IMG/VR virus record: IMGVR_UViG_3300042397_000787
Source: a virus
Direction: 5' to 3' (one strand)
Length of the DNA stretch: 64,000 nt
This document shows, piece after piece, positions 57,010 to 64,000 of this stretch. Position 1 is the first letter of the stretch, and each line of letters starts with the position of its first letter. The notes under the pieces were generated by a model, which had not been told where the DNA came from, did not search any database, and saw only the letters and a list, made by a program, of their open reading frames with translations. Position numbers and translations under genes: made by a program.

Positions 57010-58991
57010 TAGTTTAATAGTGTCCCTGCGGCGTCATAGATATTGATACGGAAATATGCGCTTGAGTTTCCATCAAGAAGATCAGCATCAAGTCCTGAAC
57101 CTGCACCATCTACTGTTTTAATTGCATCAAGCATATTCGTTGCGGTGAATGAACCACCTAGAGCTACAGATGTGCCCGCAAGAGTGATTGCACTATTAGT
57201 CAGCGATGAGTTAGCAATATTTGAAAGAGTATTTGATGCGCCACTGATTGTTTTATTTGTTAAGGTATTGGTAGAAGATATAGTTGGAACAACCACACCC
57301 TCAACAGCAAGAACACCCGCAGATGAACGTGTTAAAGTAGTATCAGTAGCGTGTCCTAATTCAATACTACCAACACCTAATGCAGTGGAAGTGGAAGCAG
57401 TAATACCGCTAACTGGTAGACCAGTAGCATTTGTTAATGTACCAGAAGATGGAGTGCCAAGCGCACCACCCGAATAGAGAACTGTACCACCAGCACCGAA
57501 AGCAACTGATGAAGAATCCGTACCAGTAAATGTTAACGTGTTTGACGCTGTTAATGTTTTACCATCAGCGATTGTTAACGTGGAACTAGTTGCTGGTGCA
57601 GTAATCGCAACCTTGTTGACAGATGTAGCAGTCGCCACGCCAAGAGTCGGTGTAACAAGTGTTGGACTTGTGGCAAAAACAGCAGCACCACTACCCGTTT
57701 CATCAGTTAAGGCTGCTAGTAGTTGAGCAGAAGTGAATGATCCTAGTACCGCTGCGTTGCCTACCGATGTGATATGCCCCGTTAAGTTTGCGTTAGTTGT
57801 TACATTACCCGCAGTTAATCCAGATGCTGTGCCCGTTACATTGGTCATTACACCAGAAGCAGGAGTGCCTAATGCTGGTGTCGTTAGTGTTGGACTTGTT
57901 AGAGTCTTGTTAGTTAGAGTCTGGGTTGATGTGGTACCAACAACTGGAATGTAGTTAGTTCCGTCTACTGTAAATTCCCAAACATCGGAAGTTTCATTCC
58001 ATTGAAGAGCAACGTTAGTGGAAGTACCACGTTCGACTTCAATACCAGCATTTTGTGATGGAGTTCCCGCTTCATTACTATTTAAAGTAATGATGTTATC
58101 AGCAAGATTGATTGTTTCGGTGTTTACTGTGGTCGTAGTTCCGGAAACAGTTAGATTACCACTAACAGTTAAATCATTGAATGTAACGTTAGATCCAGTT
58201 CCAACTGCCTGGCCAATAGCAACTGCACCGTCAGTGATAGTAACACCAGTTCCAGCGCTGAAGTGAGCGCGAACATCTGACGCACTTGGACCAGTATATG
58301 TGATCACACCAGTTGTGCTGTTATATGCTAGTGATCCATCACCACCACTATCTGTTACAGATACAGCACCACGCGCAAGAGCATCTGTATACTGTGTGAT
58401 TGTTGTTGCGATAGCACCATCAGTGATAGTAACACCGGTTCCGGCGCTAAAGTGGGCGCGAACATCGGTAGCAGATGGCCCCGTATAAGTTATTACACCC
58501 GTAGTGGAATTGTATGCTAATGAACCATCACCACCACTATCTGTTACCGATACAGAACCTCTTGCAAGAGTATCGGTGTATTGTGTGATTGTGCTTGAAA
58601 TTGCACCCGAGGTAATAGAAATACCAGTGCTTGCACTAAAGTGGGCGCGAACATCTGTTGCGCTTGGACCAGTGTAAGTAATTGCACCCGTTGTGCTATT
58701 ATATGCAAGTGAACCATCACCACCGGAATCTGTTACCGATACTGCCGCTCTTGCTCTAGTATCAGTGAAATACAGATTTGTAGCACCTTCTGTAATCTCG
58801 TCGCTGTTATCTTTAGTCTGAATTGCTGAAGTAACAAATGCTTCTGTTGCCAGAGGTTTACCACCTGCGGTAGTACCATCATGAACAACTACTGTATCTT
58901 TTGTTGTGTCGACCGTGACTTCACCAACAGCACCTGTGAAGGTATTATGCTGGGTAGTAGTCCCTCTTCTAAGTTGTAAAATCGTTGCCAT
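57009..58991 (-). CDS. Fibre protein with Mtd-N-like domain and tandem repeats
   Basis: LQLRRGT...[12 protein letters not shown]...HDG..AGG; GLDADLLDG; Thr/Ser/Gly-rich. Confidence 0.8.
   Translation of the reverse strand: MATILQLRRGTTTQHNTFTGAVGEVTVDTTKDTVVVHDGTTAGGKPLATEAFVTSAIQTKDNSDEITEGATNLYFTDTRARAAVSVTDSGGDGSLAYNSTTGAITYTGPSATDVRAHFSASTGISITSGAISSTITQYTDTLARGSVSVTDSGGDGSLAYNSTTGVITYTGPSATDVRAHFSAGTGVTITDGAIATTITQYTDALARGAVSVTDSGGDGSLAYNSTTGVITYTGPSASDVRAHFSAGTGVTITDGAVAIGQAVGTGSNVTFNDLTVSGNLTVSGTTTTVNTETINLADNIITLNSNEAGTPSQNAGIEVERGTSTNVALQWNETSDVWEFTVDGTNYIPVVGTTSTQTLTNKTLTSPTLTTPALGTPASGVMTNVTGTASGLTAGNVTTNANLTGHITSVGNAAVLGSFTSAQLLAALTDETGSGAAVFATSPTLVTPTLGVATATSVNKVAITAPATSSTLTIADGKTLTASNTLTFTGTDSSSVAFGAGGTVLYSGGALGTPSSGTLTNATGLPVSGITASTSTALGVGSIELGHATDTTLTRSSAGVLAVEGVVVPTISSTNTLTNKTISGASNTLSNIANSSLTNSAITLAGTSVALGGSFTATNMLDAIKTVDGAGSGLDADLLDGNSSAYFRINIYDAAGTLLN
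58220..58769 (-). repeat. Three tandem ~189-bp (63-aa) coding repeats
   Basis: [40 protein letters not shown] x3. Confidence 0.9.
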
Positions 58992-59014
58992 TTGTATCTC
59001 CTAGTCCACCCTTT

Positions 59015-59221
59015 TTAGGTAGTATATGTTCCACCATCAAGAATGGCACCGTCTTTTATGTTTGCTAGAGTAGTTTTTAACAACTCATGTCCACCAGCAG
59101 TTGATCCGTCATGCACTCTTATAGAATTGTTTGTAGTGTCTACGGTGATTTCTGCTTCTGCACCAGTAAAGGTATTGTGTTGAGTTGAAGTACCTCTTCT
59201 CAGTTTAACTCGTGCAGCCAT
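59015..59221 (-). CDS. Small Mtd-N-like adaptor protein
   Basis: [24 protein letters not shown]; C-terminal LDGGTY. Confidence 0.75.
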   Translation of the reverse strand: MAARVKLRRGTSTQHNTFTGAEAEITVDTTNNSIRVHDGSTAGGHELLKTTLANIKDGAILDGGTYTT

Positions 59222-59571
59222 CAGATACTCCCGTAATCAATTGAGTTATACGCAAAAACATTATCGGTAATTAACCCGTAATCTAAATCTGCGTTTTGAT
59301 TTAGGCGAACGACCGCGACACCTGGAGTGGTTGTGGTATCAACAGCGAAATCGCCGAAAACGGTGTCCGCGAATGAAATTGTTGCCACTCCCGTGTTCGC
59401 TCCACCATCATTAACTTCAACTCCACCGAGAGTAACAACAGTACCATCAGTTTTTTTCGAGAAAATTTTCTTGTCTGTTAAATTTACCGCAAGTTCGCCT
59501 ATTGCCAGATCGGCACCAGTTGGGGCCGCGCCCCCGGTTTCATTTCTTTTGATTTGAACTACTGTTGCCAT
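59221..59571 (-). CDS. Small fibre adaptor-like protein
   Basis: VQIKRN...GELAVN.TD; C-terminal LDYGLI / IDYGSI. Confidence 0.72.
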   Translation of the reverse strand: MATVVQIKRNETGGAAPTGADLAIGELAVNLTDKKIFSKKTDGTVVTLGGVEVNDGGANTGVATISFADTVFGDFAVDTTTTPGVAVVRLNQNADLDYGLITDNVFAYNSIDYGSI

Positions 59572-59580
59572 TCATCAATC

Positions 59581-59817
59581 CTATCCGTCTTTTGTAAAGT
59601 TCGATTCTTCCCAGTCGGACTTAGCGGCTTTCTTTACAGGTGTAGCAGTTGCAAGATTTAATGCCTCTTCTAATTCCTGTACCTTGGCTGTCAATTCAGC
59701 CATCGTCTCGTTTGCTAAATTTAACTGGGTCTTTACCATGATATTATCAAGAGTAATTGTTTTAAGTTGTTCGGCCAGATTATTAATATACGAATTGATA
59801 AACTTAGTTTGATCCAT
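59581..59817 (-). CDS. Small coiled-coil protein (possible fibre chaperone)
   Basis: ATG 59817 after GGAG; heptad pattern. Confidence 0.7.
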   Translation of the reverse strand: MDQTKFINSYINNLAEQLKTITLDNIMVKTQLNLANETMAELTAKVQELEEALNLATATPVKKAAKSDWEESNFTKDG

Positions 59818-59872
59818 TATGTATCTCCACAGAGTTGGGGTGGGACAATCCCACCCCATTCTCATCTATTTA

Positions 59873-61564
59873 TTAGTATGTTCCACCGTCGATATTACCG
59901 AACGAAGGAGCAGCACCTGAACCACCGGATAGAAGAACTTGGCCTGCAGTTCCAGCAGCCGTAACACCGAGTGCAGAAGTGCCGTTACCGAACATAACGC
60001 CGTTAGCAGTAAACGTTGCCGCACCAGTACCACCGTTTGGAACAGTGATTGCCGAAGCAAGCGAAGCAATAGTTCCGCCTTCGAGGTTAGCAACAAGAGT
60101 AGCAATGGTATAACCAGTTGCCGCTGTGTTAACAGTTGTTGTTGGAGCAGCTTGTGAGTCCTTGAAGAGTCTCCACTTACCGTCTGAAGCATCACGGAAG
60201 ATACCTGAGTAAAGGTCTAGCGAACCGCTGGTATCATACATACCGAACAGACCGATGTCAACTGCGTCGGTTGCATTGTTGTCGTTACCAACGAATACGA
60301 GAGGATCGGTAACAGTTAGAGTTGTCGAGTTAACAGTAGTTGTTGTTCCCGAAACTGTTAGGTTTCCTGCAACAGTAACGTTAGCACCCGAAAGTGTAAG
60401 AGCAGTAGTTCCGTCAGATGCCTTAATGTCATTTCCGCCGATCTTAAGATCGCCAGCAACAGTAACGTCAGCGCCGTCAAGTGTCAGAGCAGTAGCAGTA
60501 GATGACTTAATGTCATTACCAGTTACAGTAAGATCGCCAGCAATAGCAACGTTTGCAGCATCAAGCGTAATAGCAGTAGCAGAAGATGACTTAATGTCAT
60601 TTCCAGTAACTGTCAGGTCGCCAGCAACGGCAACATCTGCACCCGAAAGAGTGATAGAAGTTGTTCCGCCAGATGCCTTGATGTCGTTACCACCAACTGT
60701 TAGGTCACCAACAAGAACAACGTTGTCTGTAAGAGCAACAGTTACGCCAGCATCTTCAGAACCTGAACCTGTGATAGCAACTTGGTTTGCAGTTCCAGAA
60801 ACAGTAGCAACATAGTTACCAGTTGTGTCAGTTCCAAGAGCAACCGAGTTAGCAGCAATCGAGGCAACACCGGATTCACTGATTGTAATATCGCCAGAAA
60901 CGGCAGCATAGATGTAATCGCCAATATCTTCAGCAGTAATCTTCTTGTTTGCAGTTGCCGAAGCATCATAAACAAGGAACTCGTCCGCATCAGCAAGTGA
61001 TGTCAGAGCAGTAGCACCAGTAATATCAGCAACGATACCAACTGTATTGTCTGTAATGGTTGTCTTGATACCAGCAGTACCAGCAAAAGTCAGCGTTCCG
61101 CCTGTCGCGAACGAATCAGTATTAGGAACTCCTTGGTTGTCGCTGATTGTGAATGATGACGAAGCAGGAGAAGCGAATGCGAGTTGACCTGAACCGTTTG
61201 TGGTAAGGATCTGACCATCTGTACCGTCTGCGGTTGGAAGGATCAGAGTAAGGTCAGCGGCAAGTGTATCAGCCGCCTTCAGAGTTACTTTGTTGGAACC
61301 ATTATTTGTTCCTTCAGCAAAGGTTGCTTTGCCACCAACTGTTGCAGTTGCATCCACAAGACGGGCATCAACCTTGTCTGTGAAATACTTACCACCAACA
61401 GCATGAATTGCGGCAGTTCCGCCTTGCACTGACTCGATGTATAGTTTCGCACCTACGCCGCTATTGCTGGCGTCCTGTGCATAGGCCATTTCGCCTTCTA
61501 GGAGATCAGTGGTTGCAGGAGCAGTTACGCCTGAACTTCTTTTAATTTGAATAATTGTTGACAT
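59873..61564 (-). CDS. Fibre protein with internal repeats
   Basis: IQIKRS N-terminus; four GDL(T/K)(V/I).GNDIK repeats; C-terminal IDGGTY. Confidence 0.8.
   Translation of the reverse strand: MSTIIQIKRSSGVTAPATTDLLEGEMAYAQDASNSGVGAKLYIESVQGGTAAIHAVGGKYFTDKVDARLVDATATVGGKATFAEGTNNGSNKVTLKAADTLAADLTLILPTADGTDGQILTTNGSGQLAFASPASSSFTISDNQGVPNTDSFATGGTLTFAGTAGIKTTITDNTVGIVADITGATALTSLADADEFLVYDASATANKKITAEDIGDYIYAAVSGDITISESGVASIAANSVALGTDTTGNYVATVSGTANQVAITGSGSEDAGVTVALTDNVVLVGDLTVGGNDIKASGGTTSITLSGADVAVAGDLTVTGNDIKSSSATAITLDAANVAIAGDLTVTGNDIKSSTATALTLDGADVTVAGDLKIGGNDIKASDGTTALTLSGANVTVAGNLTVSGTTTTVNSTTLTVTDPLVFVGNDNNATDAVDIGLFGMYDTSGSLDLYSGIFRDASDGKWRLFKDSQAAPTTTVNTAATGYTIATLVANLEGGTIASLASAITVPNGGTGAATFTANGVMFGNGTSALGVTAAGTAGQVLLSGGSGAAPSFGNIDGGTY
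60370..60720 (-). repeat. Four ~29-30-aa coding repeats
   Basis: GDLTVGGNDIKAS / GDLTVTGNDIKSS x2 / GDLKIGGNDIKAS. Confidence 0.85.
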
Positions 61565-61599
61565 TTTAGACTATTCCTTTTTGGTTATTGTCTTTATTA

Positions 61600-61815
61600 T
61601 TAATACGTTCCGCCATCAATTGACGAAGGTGCAACGGTGGTGGAAGGATCTACTGCTTCCCATTTTAGTGTCTCTGAGTTATAAATCAATGTATATCCAT
61701 CCTGTAATCCTGCTGCGTCAACATTCGCCAAAGTCTCCACCTTTTGTGAACCGCGGCCGCTAACTATACTCGTATTTATAGTTTTAGAATTTGGAACGGT
61801 TACTTTTATAGCCAT
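61600..61815 (-). CDS. Small structural protein
   Basis: LANVD...DGYTLIYN....KW; C-terminal IDGGTY. Confidence 0.7.
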   Translation of the reverse strand: MAIKVTVPNSKTINTSIVSGRGSQKVETLANVDAAGLQDGYTLIYNSETLKWEAVDPSTTVAPSSIDGGTY

Positions 61816-62144
61816 TATTTTGTTACCTCTGGATTAACTACTACAATTCCTTCGAGAACTCTGATAGTTTCTTCATCACTCACCACTTCAATATCGTAAA
61901 CATATCTTCCTGCTTTAATTTCGGAAGTTTCTTCTGCCGTCAAAGATATAGTTACTTCTCCATCTAAGGGAGAAGTAATAGCGGCGGTAAAATCTATTGC
62001 GGTGTTTGTATAAAAAGACTTGCGCATCTGAGATGCGGCAGTATAATCAGAGAGATCCTTCGCATCTCCGTATTGATCACTGACTTCTATAGCAAAACTA
62101 AAGGTCGTTCCTTGATCAATATAAATATTTTGAACCTGCGCCAT
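61815..62144 (-). CDS. Ig-like virion protein (BppU-N-like)
   Basis: IDQGTTF, GEVTISLTAEET, GRYVYDIEV, RVLEG...V.PEVT. Confidence 0.75.
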   Translation of the reverse strand: MAQVQNIYIDQGTTFSFAIEVSDQYGDAKDLSDYTAASQMRKSFYTNTAIDFTAAITSPLDGEVTISLTAEETSEIKAGRYVYDIEVVSDEETIRVLEGIVVVNPEVTK

Positions 62145-62179
62145 AAGAACCCTTATAAATGTATTTGAACTTATTTATA
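62120..62179. promoter_or_regulatory. Divergent, overlapping late promoters
   Basis: Plus: TATAAATA 62120-62127 and TATAAATG 62154-62161; minus: TATAAATA 62172-62179. Confidence 0.7.
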
Positions 62180-62193
62180 ATTTTAGGTGAACT

Positions 62194-62871
62194 ATGAAAA
62201 CGATATTGATGCTAAAATATGGCACAAAATATTCCAAAGAAGATGTAGATCGTATCATCGAAGCCACTGGTGGCAAGTATAATTACGCCTGTATAACCGA
62301 CGATACTACCCTCGATCCCAGAGTTAAAATAATTCCATTACCAGAAGATGTTGACGGGACTTTCATTAAAATATGGATGTATGGTCTTGAAGACTTGGGT
62401 GATGTTCTTTACTTCGACCTTGATATTAGAATACAAAAAGATGTCGATAATTTATGGAATTATCTTGACGAACGCCCAACTATATGCTATACTTATTGGA
62501 AGGATATAAGTTGGGTAGATAAAAAAGCGAGTTCTTACAGCGAACAATACTTGAGTAATTATAATTCTAGTGCTGTCCTATGGCGCTCTGGTAGTTCAAA
62601 AGCCAAAGAGATTTGGGAACATTTTGAAAAGGACATGGACTATTATATGATTAAGTATTGGGGCGACGATAGATTTTTATGGCATGAGAAGTTTGATTTT
62701 AAGTGGTTTCCAAAAGGCGAGTTTTATTCTTTTCTCTATGGTGCAGACTACTACGACCCAGAGAAGAGAATTGTAGACAGATACCGACCAGAGTATACAG
62801 TATGTTTACTCAATGGTTTAGATTATTTTCCAGGATATGATAAAAAATATGATGAACTTTCTAACAATTAA
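62194..62871 (+). CDS. GT-A glycosyltransferase-like protein
   Basis: KYGTKY, CITDD, YFDLD (DxD), YNSS, GDD. Confidence 0.8.
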   Translation: MKTILMLKYGTKYSKEDVDRIIEATGGKYNYACITDDTTLDPRVKIIPLPEDVDGTFIKIWMYGLEDLGDVLYFDLDIRIQKDVDNLWNYLDERPTICYTYWKDISWVDKKASSYSEQYLSNYNSSAVLWRSGSSKAKEIWEHFEKDMDYYMIKYWGDDRFLWHEKFDFKWFPKGEFYSFLYGADYYDPEKRIVDRYRPEYTVCLLNGLDYFPGYDKKYDELSNN

Positions 62872-63619
62872 ATGGGGTGACAAATATTCTGAAAAGTATG
62901 TGAACAATCTTTACAAAATGGTAAAGAAGCACTACACTAAAGATTTCAGATTTATTTGTTATACCGATGATGTAAAAAAGATTAATAAGAATATTGAAGT
63001 CGTTCCTATTCCAGATGACGATCTCCTGCATCCTAAATATTATTACGGTAAAGAAGAATACTGTTTCGATAGGGCAAAATTTCTAGTCTTCAATTCAGAA
63101 GAATGGATAGACTGTGAATATGAAGATCGATTCTGTTACTTAGATTTGGATGTGGTAATTCAAAATAACATTGATGAAATAGATGATCTGGCCAAGAAGC
63201 CTAGAATTGCACATAGTTTATGGCAACCAGATGGTCAACTGGACGAAAGATTCTTCATTGAAACTCGGGGCACATACTACAATTCCAGTATGATGTTGTG
63301 GTCATACGGCCAGTGCCAGCATATATATTATGACGTTTGGGAAGAAAGCGAAATCATTTTCAAAACTTTCTTTAAGGGAACAGACAACTACCATTTCTGG
63401 AGACAAAGAGACTTCTGGAAAAACATTCCAGATCATTGGTTATATTCTTGGAATAGAGGAAGATATCATCCCGGCGACACAGATCGTTTCAAGTTTAGGG
63501 ATGATGCTAAAATCTGCCTGTTCAATACAGATAACGTACCTCATCCCTCTACGAAAGATCACGTAGAATTGGCAGAGTGTAAGGATAAAAATATTATTAG
63601 ATTGTGGAACGCAAAATGA
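62849..63619 (+). CDS. GT-A glycosyltransferase-like protein
   Basis: KWGDKY..YVN.LY.MV, CYTDD, YLDLDVVI, YNSSMM. Confidence 0.82.
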   Translation: MMNFLTIKWGDKYSEKYVNNLYKMVKKHYTKDFRFICYTDDVKKINKNIEVVPIPDDDLLHPKYYYGKEEYCFDRAKFLVFNSEEWIDCEYEDRFCYLDLDVVIQNNIDEIDDLAKKPRIAHSLWQPDGQLDERFFIETRGTYYNSSMMLWSYGQCQHIYYDVWEESEIIFKTFFKGTDNYHFWRQRDFWKNIPDHWLYSWNRGRYHPGDTDRFKFRDDAKICLFNTDNVPHPSTKDHVELAECKDKNIIRLWNAK

Positions 63620-64000
63620 AAATACGAGTAAATTACGTTTGTTGTAAATGGGGCACCAAATACGATGCTGAGTTTGTCAATCGTCTTTATAGGATGGCAA
63701 AGAAGCATACTCCAGATAATTTTGAGTTCCATTTCTATTGCTATACCGATAATAGCGAAGGATTTGACGAAGAGATTAAAGTCATCGACTTTCCAGACAT
63801 TCCCGACATTCATCCCAAATACTGGTTCGGTTCAGAGGATTTCAAATACGGTATGGCACGTTGTTGGGACAGGCCAAAGACGTTCATCTTCAATACACAC
63901 AACTTCGCAGACGATAAACCCACTGGAAGATTTGTCTTTTTCGACCTTGATGTTATCATACAAAATGATTTGTCGCCAATCATCACTTATGACCTAGAGA
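63616..64000 (+). CDS. GT-A glycosyltransferase-like protein, partial (runs off window), not in ORF track
   Basis: MKIRVNYVCCKWGTKY...CYTD...FFDLDVIIQN; ATGA overlap with the previous gene. Confidence 0.82.
   Translation, partial: MKIRVNYVCCKWGTKYDAEFVNRLYRMAKKHTPDNFEFHFYCYTDNSEGFDEEIKVIDFPDIPDIHPKYWFGSEDFKYGMARCWDRPKTFIFNTHNFADDKPTGRFVFFDLDVIIQNDLSPIITYDLE

Noticed and set aside
55122-59221. Mtd-like N-terminal domains suggesting a diversity-generating retroelement
   Set aside because: No reverse transcriptase and no TR/VR pair differing at adenines seen in this window; the repeats are ordinary coding repeats.
63665-63997. 110-aa plus-strand ORF from the track
   Set aside because: Wrong frame; the real gene starts at 63616 and runs off the window.
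1-64000. Stop-codon reassignment
   Set aside because: Core genes translate full-length in the standard code, and TAA, TAG and TGA all act as stops.

Overview
A 64 kb segment of a T4-like (myovirus-type) phage genome, almost all on the minus strand. From right to left it carries: three plus-strand glycosyltransferase-like genes; a cluster of fibre/adaptor genes; the neck, terminase, tail and head core (gp13-gp23, gp3); uvsY/uvsW, gp55 and gp47/46; an accessory block (peptide deformylase, 2OG-Fe oxygenase, ClpP-like, HAD, CobT/CobS-like); the replication core (gp45, gp44, gp62, regA, hsp20, gp43, uvsX, gp41) with an inserted peroxiredoxin; tRNA-Arg(UCU); a late block of probable capsid-internal proteins, Dps and lysis genes; then primase, thyX, a galE-like gene, a MazG-like gene and nrdA-grx-(methyltransferase)-nrdB. 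The host is inferred to be an alphaproteobacterium. The most striking signals are five. (1) Five sigma70-type promoters all place a GAWTC (CcrM/GcrA-type) site exactly 3 nt upstream of the -10 box. (2) Glu-linker-punctuated internal head polyproteins, two of which share an identical 24-bp linker 35 kb apart, plus enzymes bearing capsid-targeting-like sequences. (3) An apparent N-terminal-domain/C-terminal-peptide docking code among the neck-adjacent fibre genes, next to late-promoter-driven glycosyltransferases. (4) A ROSE-like thermometer on hsp20. (5) A fully embedded o-spanin. All calls come from motif recognition and gene order by eye; no database searches were run.
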